A model generated the notes under the pieces. The model had not been told where the DNA came from. It worked only from the letters and a program-made list of their open reading frames with translations, and did no database searches. DNA of 62,933 nt, counting the filler, from Octopus bimaculoides (taxonomy: Eukaryota), in the NCBI RefSeq assembly GCF_001194135.2. It is 4 parts of 4 records of this genome, joined end to end, with 100 filler letters (N's around TTAATTAATTAA, not from the genome) between each part and the next. Parts side by side here need not be neighbours in the genome. Positions count along the whole stretch, not along the records: positions 25,418 to 37,442 come from NC_068981.1; positions 37,543 to 42,852 come from NC_068994.1; 2 more parts are not named here. One strand, 5' to 3'. Each line of letters opens with the position of its first letter. Position 1 is the stretch's first letter. The position numbers were made by a program, and so were the translations under genes. Of this stretch, positions 25,362 to 37,807 are shown piece after piece.

Positions 25362-25373
25362 TTAATTAATTAA
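25362..25373. other. Artificial scaffold linker TTAATTAATTAA inside a 100-nt gap (also at 37487-37498 and 42897-42908)
   Basis: The identical 12-mer is centred between 44 N on each side at three sites; it is palindromic and has stops in all six frames. Confidence 0.9.
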
Positions 25374-26415
25374 NNNNNNNNNNNNNNNNNNNNNNNNNNN
25401 NNNNNNNNNNNNNNNNNAGTCCCACTGCGTGGCACCTTAGGCAAGTGTCTTCTACTATAGCCTCGGGTCGACCAAAGCCTTGTGAGTGGATTTGGTAGAT
25501 GGAAACTGAAAGAAGCCCGTCGTATATATGTATACATATATGTGTGTGTGTTTGTTTGTCTGTGTTTGTCACCCCACCATCGCTTGACAACCGATGCTGG
25601 TGTGTTTACGTCCCTGTAACTTAGCGGTTCGGCAAAAAGAGCCCGATAGAATAAGTACTAGGCTTACAAAGAATAAGTCCTGGGGTTGATTTGCTCAACT
25701 AAAGGCGGTGCTCCACCATGGCCACAGTCAAATAACTGAAACAAGTAAAAGAGTAAAAGAATACATAAACTAACGGAAGCCATCCTGTGTTGAAGTCAGA
25801 GCTGGGTTTATCGAATGCCATTTAGGGCTCACCGATTGTTGATTATTACTATATGTTCTACCTACTTCTTTTGACTGAGTTTCTACTGTGATTCAACATC
25901 ATCATTACTATCAAACTCATCATTTAACATTCACTTTTCTGTGCTTGCTTGGGTTAGATTGAATTTGTTGATGCAGATTTCCTACAGCTGAAAGCTCTTT
26001 CAATGTTTACTTTTCCATGCCTACAAGGCTCACAGTTTATTGGGGCAGATTATTTGTAGCTGGATGTCCTTTCTATTGCCTACCTTCACCGGTTTCCAAG
26101 CAAGATAATACTATTCCATTGCCAGGCATGTTTTCACAAAAAATTAGAAATGAATAGCACTGCTTATATGACAGAGACACTTGCTAACATCTATCACAAA
26201 ATGTCAAGACAACAAGACACAAACACACACACACACATGATGGGCTTCTTTCAGCTCTTTGCTGTGAAATCAACTCACAAAGCTTTGGCTAAACCAGAGC
26301 TATCATAGGAAACACTTGCTCAAGGTACCACACAATGGGACTGAACTTAAAAAGCAACCTTCCTAACCACACAACCACGTCTATCTCTGTGTGTGTGTGT
26401 ATACATACATATATG

Positions 26416-26477
<62 letters not shown>

Positions 26478-28487
26478 AGGAAGTTAATTACATGGCCATT
26501 CATAGAGTGACCAATGGTTTTGCATCCATAAAGCGCTTAGCCTTATAAACAGTTTGTTGGATTCTAATGGCCGTGGGCACATATATAAAATTATCATCAT
26601 TTAACATCCCATGTTCTATAGTGGCATTGGTTGGGCCCATATGCTGGCTTTAGTTATATTTTTAAACAATGCTCTATATATATTTATGCCTTATTTTACT
26701 TTTAGTAATTACCATAGCAAAAACAGCAGGAAGTGGGTTTAAAATGATTGTATTAAAAATATAATAAAGGTTCACTTCTAGGTCTCAAACAAACTTAATG
26801 AGGTTTTGTAAAATGTGGGGGTCTTATCAAACAAAAGGTTAACATTTTAAATCTGTTTATATTTAGGAGTTGCATTTCACATGTGATTGCATATAACAAA
26901 GTAGAATGCATTAATTTTCTAACAATTAGCAAAAAAAGACTGGAAAATAATGTTAAAGCATTATGATAATTAGAATGGAGACAATTTCTTTACTTACATT
27001 AATAAAACTCTGGATTTTAAAATGGTAGCATGAAAGAAAAAAGAAAAGCAAAAAGAAACAGACAATGAAAGTGTGCCAATAGATTTTTGAAAATATAACA
27101 AGAATTTAACAGGAACTATAATAAAAGATAAAAAATAATTAGGTTGCTTAATAGAAAATGAAATTTCATTAATTAGAAAAACATCAAAGCATATTAAATG
27201 AGTTGAATGCATGACTGTTTACTTTTTAATTACTGCTAATGCAGTTCAGGGAGTGTTTAATATTTTAAATCTGTTTTTCTAATCAAACTTCATTTAGAAT
27301 GGAATCAGTTGCAACAACTGTAAATTCATAACAAAATTAATGATAAAATGAGCACCTCAAATTAATCAACGACTCTAAGTTCACCTTTCAAATAAATATT
27401 ATAGGCTAATGAAAAGGTTAAATGGATTGTAAGTGCAATGTATGCTGCAGGCATGATTTTGTCTCCAGGTTGGTCACTGACTTCTACAATCTCAAATTTA
27501 ATTTACTGTGTGGAATAAGTTTAAAAACTTCAGAATGTGTTGCCTGTGACAGACTAGAACTCAACTGGTGAAGAGAGTCATAGTTCATTTACTTAATGTT
27601 CTTAACATTCCTAGCTGAACACCAATGTAGCTAACAGAGATACTGTATTCAATTGCTAGCTAAGTGCTTAACATGTGTTCAAGTACATGTACAAAAGCCC
27701 TTATCACATTGGCAGAAATACAAAATATTTGTGGGTTGCAAATCCATTGAATCAACCCTTACTATTTCAACATGAGTACTTATTTTATTAATGTCAAGCA
27801 CTAACAAAATGCAAAACCAATTATATGGGATTTGAATTGAGAAATGTGAGATCTCAAGCTACATAATGTAATACAATTAAAACAGCAATGCATACTTGGC
27901 ACGAGTTTGCTTGCCATAGTAGTAAGGATATTTATTAGGCACAAGCCCAAATTTAGGGTGGAGTGCTGTTCATATTAATCCATTCCAATATAAGCCTGGT
28001 GTTTATTTCATAAACCCCAAAAGGGTGAATAGTAAATTCAACACTGGAAGGGAACATAGAATGTAAATAAATGTAACTTAATACTGCAAGGCATTTTGTT
28101 CAGCTCTATAGTGACCTGTTGCCCTACTACTGCTGCTGCTGCTGCTACTACTACTACTAACTACTACTACTACTAATAATAATAATAATAATAATGATGA
28201 TGATGATGATGATAATAATCATAACGGGTTCAAATTTTAGCACAAGAGCAGCAATTTTGGGGAGGGGATAAGTTGATTACACTGGCCCCAGTGTCCAACT
28301 GGTATTTATTTTGTTGACCTTGAAAGGATGAAAGGTGAAGTCAACCTCAGTGGAATTTGAACTAAGAACATAGAGACAGATGAAATGCTGCTAAGCATTT
28401 TGCGAGTCTTGCTAATGATCCTGTCAACTTTCACATAGGGCCACAAATTTGCAAGGAAGTGGTATAGGTGATTGACTTGTATCTTAA

Positions 28488-28778
28488 CCTATTACCTCCC
28501 ATAATTCTATTAACTGGAATTTTTTTTATGAAACTTTGATTTCTAGCATAAAACAGCCTTAGAAACACGCTGGAATGATCAAAATAACATTTCAAAATAA
28601 CATTTTAAATAGAAATAAGTGAGATATTAGGTGAAAAATTAGCAAACCTCATTTGAATATCAGAGAAATATACCTAGTAGATATAGCAAAAAGGTTAGAT
28701 ATGTGTAAATATTGACAAATAATTACGAAATTTGTAATTTTTAAGTGATCTCATATGAGATCACTGGTAGGTAATGGG
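28488..28778. mobile_element. piggyBac-type MITE
   Basis: TTAA at both ends (28484-28487 and 28779-28782); TIR CCTATTACCTCCCA versus rc CCCATTACCTACCA. Confidence 0.75.
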
Positions 28779-29559
28779 TTAATGACCACAGAGAAAACTG
28801 AAAGTGAGGGGAGTACTTGTCTAAATACAATCAGGCATCCAGAACAAGTATAAAAATTATATGAAAAGTGTTAAAAATGTGTGATAATGTGGGAATCTTG
28901 ATCTCGTGTATTTCTTGCATTTTGTTATCCTTTAACATTACATTTGAATTAATATGATTTGTTGTAACATTAATATTCTTAGCTGCTAACATGTATTTAA
29001 TGATCAAACCTAGACAACAAAATAAAATAAGTTTTTAAGTACATAATGTAAAAAAATTGTATGGACAGATTAATTCTAAATAGAATTGCTCTTAGTGGAA
29101 TATGTATATTTTATACAATTACAAATAATTATATGTGGATTAATTTATGAACAGCAAGGTTTCTATTTTAAATATGTTAATATATTTCTAAGACTAGCAA
29201 TATTAAAGGAAAGCAGATTTGTAAATGAAATGGGTAATTAAAAGACAAGTAGTAGGGCCAAATTCCTAAAGAAGAACAATAATAATAAACTATTTAGTAA
29301 AGCAATTTGTTTATATCTACAAATTATTTTCTCAGTTGTTTCTTGTAAGGCCTTAGATACTACTGGATCATGTTACTATTTTTATTCATTTATGTTTTGG
29401 AAGCTGGTGGGGAAGTTTCAGTTGTTCTCTTGGGGAGAACAGCTTTGGTATTACAAGACAGCATAAAGTATTGATTTAATATTTTAATAAAATTACACAC
29501 ATACAAAGTAATAGCAGTAATGAATGAAAGAAATAGTATTCAATACTGTAAAGTGAAGG

Positions 29560-30330
29560 AATCATTTAGCTTGGCCAGGTGACATTAATACAGACACCCA
29601 CTTGAAATCTCCTTTGATGTGTCTTCTCAAGTGCAGCAAACTGCCACAACTCCCAGTCCCTTGTCATTTCCTCAGTAAGGCCCAGTATCCAAAATTCCTT
29701 TCTCAACACTTTTCTCACATCTTCCTGGGTCTACCCCTTCCACAGGTACTTTCCACAATTAGAGCTTCGCACTTCTTTATGTGGCTGTCCTCATCCATAT
29801 GCATCACATGACCAAACTAGTGCAGTCTTCTCTCTTGCACACATCTGATACCTCTTATACCTAGTTTTCCTCTTAAATCAGTTACACTCTGTCATGCATG
29901 CACATTGACATTACTCATCCAGTGTAGCATGCTAGCTTCATTTCTTCTGAGCCTTCTGCAGTCAAAGCCCATGTTTCACTGCCATGTAGCATAGCTGTAT
30001 GTACACAAGCATCATACAGTCTGCCTTTCGCTCTGAGGGACAGGCCCTTAGTTACCAACAAAGGTAGTACCTCTCTGAACTTTGCTTAGCCTGTTCTTAT
30101 TCTAGCAACTACACTTTCAGAACTTCCTCCTCCACTGCTAACTTGGTTGCCTAGGTAACAGAAGCTATTTACTACTTCTCGTGACCCCCACCCCCAACAT
30201 TTGAAGGAGTCTGTTGTCTATGCATTTGTAGTGCTTATTGTACCAACACATTTGCCACACACAGAGACTATTTTCTCTGTTAACCTTCCTGTGATACTGC
30301 TATACCTCTTATGTGTCCAAAGCTTGCACT
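29560..30330 (-). mobile_element. RTE-clade LINE remnant, RT C-terminus and 3' end
   Basis: EVVNSFCYLGNQVSSGGGSSESVVARIRTG*AKFREVLPLLVTKGLSLRAKGRLYDACVHTAMLHGSETWA, with stops and frameshifts. Confidence 0.85.
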
Positions 30331-30760
30331 GAACTAATATATATATACTTATATATTTAATTTTTGAGAGCATTGAAATATTACAGTTATATATTTTTTT
30401 TGTGAAATATTAACTATGTGCTGTGAATGGTGTCAACATTTACTTTGAATGGCATGTGTTTGTAACTAGGCTAATTGAAAAAGCCAAAATAAAGTGACTT
30501 TCATACAATGAATAGTCCGATATTCGAAAAACATTAAATCTATCTCTCAAAGCACAATGCATGTAAATTAAGATGCTGGCATAAGGACCACATGGTGTGT
30601 TATCAAAATCCTAGTTGCTTGGTGAAAAAGCATACAATTGTTGTCCTTTTCACTTCACAGTTGTATGGTTAGAACTATAACTAACATGGTGTAAATCATA
30701 ATAAATCACTGATACAAGTGCGTGAGTCTGTGTTGTTTATAAGCAATGAGTTAAACTTAC

Positions 30761-30862
30761 CCTCTCTTTAGCAAGGGACGGATTTTTTGATAGAAGTTTA
30801 CTTAGTTCTTGATAATCACATTTAGCTGACAGCTTCATCCATTCTTTTTGCTCTGGAGAGAG
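30761..30862 (-). CDS. SOWAH: Sowah (sosondowah ankyrin-repeat family) exon encoding the conserved pre-ankyrin segment LSPEQKEWMKLSAKCDYQELSKLLSKNPSLAKER
   Basis: 102 nt, phase 0/0, acceptor ttttttttaattaaacAG and donor AGG|GTAAGT. The peptide resembles Drosophila Sowah LDPKCKEWIVAMARANYQELARMCDEYPELVKLQ and the vertebrate SOWAH LDPxEHAW...DPQLALHKDF segment (recalled). Confidence 0.8.
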
Positions 30863-31499
30863 CTGTTTAATTAAAAAAAAATATATATGATTTAGAAACC
30901 AAAATGAAACAGTTAATGAAGTAATTAGTTAAAATTAAAATTAAAACAAACTACAAATAACTATGGAAAAAAAATTTTAATTTTGAGAATTCATTTCACT
31001 CACACACACTGAAATTTCTAAGATGCTTTCCACCCTCCCTTCTATTAGCCTGAGAGACTTTTTCAAAGGGTCATGAGTAACTGCACTGCCTTCTTGATAT
31101 CAAAAAAGTTATGCAAATTGCAGAGTTATAGCATAACAAATTAGAAAGAAAATTAACTTAGATATGAAACAGTTCAGGTTTGCAACAGTGATGCTTTCTC
31201 CCCAACAAAAGAACCCACAGTGGCTTGCTTTTTGCTAAGGACTTCTATGTACTGTATTTGTTGATTTAGAGCAGTGATTCTTAACCATTTTTTGCCTATG
31301 GAACCCCTTGATTCCTGTTTCAATCAGATGGCTTCTCATAACCATTCCATGTTTAATATTTTTATAATTAAATATTATTTGGAATTGTACACAAAAAAAC
31401 TTACTTAAAATATTTGGTGTATTGTAGAAGTATAAGCAATTTATTACATACAAATTTTAACTCCAAAATTTTATCTGGATCCTCGAGAGCCAAGAGAAA

Positions 31500-31800
31500 T
31501 ATTCAACAGAGTATTATACTTGGTCATCAGGTGGTCATCAAGAAAACCAAGTGTAGATAAATGACTCATACAGAGGATTAGCAAGTTCAGAGTGGAATTT
31601 ACCCAGCTGATAGGAAGCCATCAAGGCTTAGTTCTTAACCTTTTCCTTGTTTTATTATAGCTCTTCAGGATATAGCAGAGGTTTCAACTGGCAGTCAGGG
31701 AAATTTTCTGTTTGCTCATAAACTAATTCACACAGCTAAATCTGTTGAAGAATTTAGAGAAGTTCCAAACATGAAATCAAGTCCAGAATCAAGAGATCTC
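31500..31800 (+). mobile_element. Heavily decayed RTE RT core fragment
   Basis: Frameshifted remnants of HQGSVLSPLLFII and LLYADDLVLIAESVEE (reads HQGLVL...FLFAHKLIHTAKSVEEF). Confidence 0.55.
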
Positions 31801-32630
31801 TCCTGCTACTATAATCTGTTGAAGAGGCAGAATTTCTATAGCTGAATGCTCTTCCTGTTGTCAACCGTCACCTGTTTCCTAGTAAGGTAATATTTCCCCA
31901 TGGCCAGGCATATTTTTCATGGCAGACTGGAAACAAACAGCATCGCTTACATAACGGTGGTGCTCATTTACAACCATCACGTGATGTCAAGACAAGGATG
32001 CACACACACACACACACACAATAGGTTTCTTTCAGTTTCCATCTACCAAATCCACTCACAAGGATTTGATGGCCTAGGGCTGTAATAGATGAAATTTGTT
32101 CAAAGTGCCACACAAGGGGACTGAACCTGAAACCACATTGCTAGACAGCAAGCTTCTTAACCCACATCCATGCGTGTATCCATAGTACCCATCAAAAATG
32201 ACCGTTTATATTTCTTTCCAGGAATTTTTAATCTTTCTACTTCAAGCACAACATCATTTTCAGTTAGTCTCATATTTTTCTCATTCTTCATACCACAAGT
32301 ATTGCTCTCTTTTTGTATTTCTCTTCAAGTATATATATAAAATCAAATTTAATTCAGTTTAAATTTGCATGTAATTATTTATATCAAAAATTATCCAAAA
32401 ATGATTAAAAGCATCAAACGGAAGTTTACATACACAGTAAATTTTAGGTTTTCAACAGCCTGTCAAAAACTTAGATGCATTACCGAATGGTCTTCGCATA
32501 AAATACCAAAGTTTGATGAAGCAAGGAATATTTTCTCACATCTACTTCACTTAAAAGTGGAATGTAGATGAGATCATTCTCTAAAATTAAAGCTCAAGAT
32601 AAATGTTAAAAGATATTTGAAATAACTTAC

Positions 32631-32684
32631 TGTGACAAATCCACCAGAGGAATTTGCATCATCATCATCAGCACCATCTTTATT
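32631..32684 (-). CDS. SOWAH: Sowah exon NKDGADDDDANSSGGFVT
   Basis: 54 nt, acceptor ttttttattcttgcAG and donor ACA|GTAAGT, phase 0/0. Splices in frame to the 30761-30862 exon. An acidic/Ser stretch is expected just before the LDP/LSP-x-W motif. Confidence 0.75.
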
Positions 32685-32760
32685 CTGCAAGAATAAAAAA
32701 CAAAAGAAGCATTTTATACCAGAATGAGTAATTGCCTCTGCTTTTCTTAAAGTCTTGAAC

Positions 32761-32792
32761 CTGTGATGGTGTCTTCTTCATCAAATTGATAA
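32761..32792 (-). CDS. SOWAH: Probable Sowah exon (x)INLMKKTPSQ
   Basis: 32 nt with a long polypyrimidine acceptor (tttctgatttcttttgttAG) and a weak donor CAG|GTTCAA. A 76-nt intron leads to the next exon, and this frame joins it without a stop; the frame YQFDEEDTIT hits a stop at the junction. Confidence 0.55.
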
Positions 32793-33646
32793 CTAACAAA
32801 AGAAATCAGAAATAAATTGTAAAGATAAAAGTCAAAGACAAAAATCTGCTGAAAAATGAACATGTACATATTGAAATTAATGGTAACCAAGGTGTAAATA
32901 TATTCAGTACCTGTAGTGAAGTAAATTAACTAAACTTCACTACTGGTGTTGCCAGCTTCTGCAAATTCATATGCATTTTAAGCACTGTTATTGTGAAACA
33001 TAAATGGTAATAATTATAATTTTCATTTTCTCATAACAGTTATCTGAGGAAATATGAATTTACAGAAACTGAAGAGTAATGACAATGCCTCTCAGTTCAT
33101 TCATCTAAGTACACACACCTCCTGTTTATTATAGTTATCCAAGTTATTATAATAGAGGATTTTAAAATTGGCTGTCTGTGGATATTCCTGTACAGTGGCA
33201 ATCAAGTCCTCATATAAATACATGAAGGGCCTCTTTCAGCTTCCGCCTACGAAATCCACTCACAAGGCTTTGGTTGGCTTGAGGCTATAGTAGAAGACAC
33301 TTGTCCAAGGTGCCACTTGCCATGCAGTGGGACGGAATCCAGAACCATTGTTGTTAGGAAGCAAGCTTCTTGCCACTCCTATATATANNNNNNNNNNNNN
33401 NNNNNNNNNNNNNNNNNNNNNNNNNNNNNNNNNNNNNNNNNNNNNNNNNNNNNNNNNNNNNNNNNNNNNNNNNNNNNNNNNNNNNNNNNNNNNNNNNNNN
33501 NNNNNNNNNNNNNNNNNNNNNNNNNNNNNNNNNNNNNNNNNNNNNNNNNNNNNNNNNNNNNNNNNNNNNNNNNNNNNNNNNNNNNNNNNNNNNNNNNNNN
33601 NNNNNNNNNNNNNNNNNNNNNNNNNNNNNNNNNNNNNNNNNNNNNN

Positions 33647-33678
<32 letters not shown>

Positions 33679-34289
33679 GTGTGTGTACACACACACACAC
33701 ACACACACAACAGGCTTCTTTCAATTTCTGGCAGATAAATCTGGTCGCAAAGCTTTGGTTGGTCTAGGCCTATAGCAGATCTTACATAAAGTGTAACACA
33801 ACAGGACCAAACTGAAGACCACCTAGTTCGGAAGCAAGCTTTTCAACCACACAGCTATACCTGTGCCTAGCTATACCACCACTTACATATATATATATTT
33901 TATACACACACACACACACATATATATATAGGCATATGTGTGTGTGTGTCATTCTTATCATGTAATGTTCATCTTCCATACTGGCATGGGCTGGATGGTT
34001 TCATAGGAACTGGCAAGCCATAGGACTGTATCAAGCTAGACTGTCTGCTTTGGCATGGTTTCCAAGGCCAGGTGTCCTTCCTAATGCCATATACTCTTTA
34101 ATTCTTTTACTTGTTTCAGTCATTTGATTGCGGCCATGCTGGAACACCACCTTGAAGGGTTTTAGTCAAATGAATTGACCCTAGGCCTTTTTTTAAAGCC
34201 TAGTATTCAATCATCCCATAAATAATGAGGATTTTTTTATACGTCTTTTATTTTTCAAAATTAAGATAAAGTTCTTTTTCTAATGTAAA

Positions 34290-35010
34290 ATATACTCTAC
34301 TTCATTTTCTACAATGCCCTTCCATCTATCTGGTAGATATGCAAGGCCCCTCTTTCAAAATTCACCAGTCCATGATGAAAAATATCCTCAAGTACTATTC
34401 TGACCTTGTCTATAGAATTCATATTTTTCCGTCCAAATGACTTTGAAGACTGCAGAATAAATAATAATCAGATGGGACAATGTCTGGTGAATATGGTGGG
34501 TGGGGCATCATTTCCTATTGAAACTGCTCCAGCTTTTGGAATGTCATCCTCGCTGTATGTGGCTGAGCATTATCCTGATGGAAGAACACCTTTCTTCTTG
34601 AAACCAAAGATAGTTGGTTTTCTTTTAGTGCTGATTCAAGCTGCTCACATAGATCTCCTTTGTTATCATTTGGTTTGGGTTTAAAAGTTCAAAGTGGACA
34701 AAACCTTTCATATCCCACCAAAACGATAGCAACACTGTACTGGGTGAAGACTTTCTTTAGCCTGGGGTGCTGGTGTTTCTCCTTTCCCTACCCATTGTCT
34801 TCGGTGCTTGACATTTTTATTAGAGAACCCATTTCTCATCACCAGTCACTATTTGGTCCAAAAAAGGTTCATTCGTGAGACATGATAGCAAAGAAAAGCA
34901 CACATTTACTCTCTGCACGATTAGACTCAGAAAGTTTGTGAGGCTCTCACTGACCCAATTTGTTGACTTTCTGTCTCGAACAAAGCTTTACTTACAGACT
35001 AGTTTCCTAG
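34290..35010 (-). mobile_element. Decayed mariner transposase
   Basis: FLDQIVTGDEKW, LLSFWWDMKGFVHFELL, HQDNAQPHTAR and PHPPYSPDIVPSDYYLF motifs, with stops and frameshifts. Confidence 0.9.
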
Positions 35011-35173
35011 TTACAAAATCAGTGAGTTATGACACTGTGTATATTGCAAGCAAGGTTAAACTGCTGCCATGCCTGGCAAGGAGTACATACAACCGAGGAG
35101 ATCCAATACAGATCAAAACCACATGGTCTGGTGGTCTTGGAGCTGGGTGGCAGGAGTTATCTCCCACTTATAC

Positions 35174-35246
<73 letters not shown>

Positions 35247-36444
35247 TAATTACATACAAACATATGTGAACAAATGTTTTAACATTGTCCTACTGAATAA
35301 ATTAAAGAATGGACAGTTTTTATGAATAATCTGCTGAAAACTGTTGTTCGTGAATGGCTTGAAACAGCTCTTCAGCAGCATAGCAACAGTTTATAACCTG
35401 TGAATTTGGTATTATAGCTGATCTTTGGGCTATAGCAGAAGATATTTGTCCAAAATGTTGCATAGTGTGAGTGAATCCAAGACCACATGGCCTAGTTGGG
35501 AAGCAAGCTTCCTAACCACAGGGTCTCACCTGTGCCTATCTATGTGCAATATAAATTCGTTTGATCAATTGTCGACGTGTAATATCGATCTGTTTGATCA
35601 GTGATAATGGAGGCAACCTAAAATTCAAATACTGAAATCAATGAGCCAGTCAATCAACACCACACAGTTAAAATAGAAAATCAAATGTAAGACATTACTG
35701 AAACAAAGAAAACACTGTGCTAAAATTAAATAAACACACATAAACAGAATTAAAAAAAAAACAATCATATGAAGAAAAGAATAGAGTACATTTTTTTTTT
35801 AATCTCACTAACTGAAATAAGTTTATATATATATAAATATTGCATTATATTAGAAAACCTGATTCCTAGTTAAAGTTTAATTCTTTCAAAGCAGAGAAAA
35901 TTAGACTTTAAATAAAGAATTGACAAATTAACAGGTGTTCTGAGTTAGTCATCATGCTTAAACAGAAATCTCTGGCACTCATTTCAAAGTAGTATGAAAC
36001 AAGAAAATTAGGAGAGAGAGAAAGCGGGAGGGAGGGAGGGAAGAGAGAGAGAGAGAGAGGGAGCAAGGGCAAATCAGTGAGGATGGAATGTAATAAGAAA
36101 TAATTAAAAATATAAAAGCAAACCACAAAAATAACTATTATGTGAAATGATTAGCTAATCAAAAGGCGAAAATTAGTAAAACAAAATTAAGGAAAGAAGG
36201 AAGAAAAGAAGAAAGGCTGGTGAAGGTGGTGGTGGTGGGGGGACACCAAACAAAAGCTAGAACAGGGTTTAGGCAGAAAACCAAAAACCGTACACAAAAA
36301 AGCTGAACGCTAATCTGATAAGTGGAGAGCTCGTTAATGATTTGAAAATTAGATTAAAGTATAATGTGTATGGAATATGTAGCAGGAGGGGGGAAAGGAA
36401 TAAAATGGTAAGAGAATGGACCAAAGGAGAGAGGGAGAGAAAAC

Positions 36445-36485
<41 letters not shown>

Positions 36486-36767
36486 GGTGTGAAGTAACAA
36501 TAATAAGAATTGAATAGAACATAAGGGTGGGTGGAGGAACAGGGCCAGTAATTGTAACAGATGTTTTAAATATGTAAAACATGGTCAACTCTAACAATGA
36601 GAGAAAACAATGAGTAACAATAAGGGTGGGTGGGTGGTGTGGTGGTGGTGGTCGAGGAGGAGGAGGTGCCTGACTGAAAATAAGAGGAGGGTTCTTCTCA
36701 AAAGACAAACAAGGAATCAGAATTTTAGTTGATCAGTTGCAGGAATGTGTGTGTATATATGCATATA

Positions 36768-37442
36768 TGATACGTGCAGATGTTTCTTCAGGGTGACCTC
36801 ATTTGTCACACCATTTACTGAAAGTCCTACGGCGGTGGATGAGTGTCAATGTGTGCAAACTCGATCGGTTGGAAGCACACAATAAGTTACAACTTTCATC
36901 TGTCACACATGTTTCAAATCATGCAGATCTGCAATAAAACTGAATAGTAGTTATCTGAGAGGCCATGGACAGAAAGTCAGAAGTGACAACAAGGAAGGTC
37001 AAAGAGAGGGCAATCATCTGTGAAGGTGGAACAATCACCACGTTTATATATACATATGTATCTGGTGAAATTGTTGAGATGCTTGAACGGAGATGCGTAG
37101 ATATGTGCTGCATCCAGGAAGTAAGATGGAGAGGAGGTTCTGCAAGGTTCCTCACAGGCAAAGAACACAGGTACAAGATTTTCTGGGCAGGGAACACTGA
37201 CGGGGTCGGGGGCGTAGGAATACTTCTAGCGGAGAAATGGGTGGATAAGGTAATCGAGGTCGTTAGAGTAAGTGACAGAGTACTTAAGATCAGACTAGTG
37301 CTTCATCATAGATTAGCTACTGTCATCTCAGCCTATGCACCTCAACCTGGGCTACCAGATGGTCTGAAAGACCAATTCTATGACACCCTCTTGCAAACTA
37401 CCTCGTCGACGAGTGACAGGGACCTTCTCTTTGTGGCTGGAG
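36768..37442 (+). mobile_element. RTE-clade LINE 5' region with APE endonuclease (truncated by a gap)
   Basis: ORF 36965-37442: GEIVEMLERRCVDMCCIQEVRWRG...GVGGVGILL...VISAYAPQ...LLFVAG, diagnostic RTE endonuclease motifs. Confidence 0.92.
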
Positions 37443-37542
37443 NNNNNNNNNNNNNNNNNNNNNNNNNNNNNNNNNNNNNNNNNNNNTTAATTAATTAANN
37501 NNNNNNNNNNNNNNNNNNNNNNNNNNNNNNNNNNNNNNNNNN

Positions 37543-37591
<49 letters not shown>

Positions 37592-37593
<2 letters not shown>

Positions 37594-37807
37594 AATACAC
37601 ATAAGCCTGTGCTATTGTTATACCGTGGTATTACAAAAGAGCCTTAGAGTGCCTTTGGTACATTAGAAGAGGTACACCAAGGGAAAATGAAAGAGGGTAA
37701 ATCATTTATGCTAAACTTCATCTTCTCTTGGTTTAGCTCTTCTAATTAGACACTCTAAGTCTTTTGTAATACTGTTGTATTATGATAGCATGGGCTTAAG
37801 TGTACTT
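37592..37807. mobile_element. Palindromic MITE (TA-flanked, TIR CAC(A/T)TAAGCC)
   Basis: The left arm 37592 to about 37692 pairs with the right arm about 37716-37807, with bulges and a loop of about 22 nt. Confidence 0.7.
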
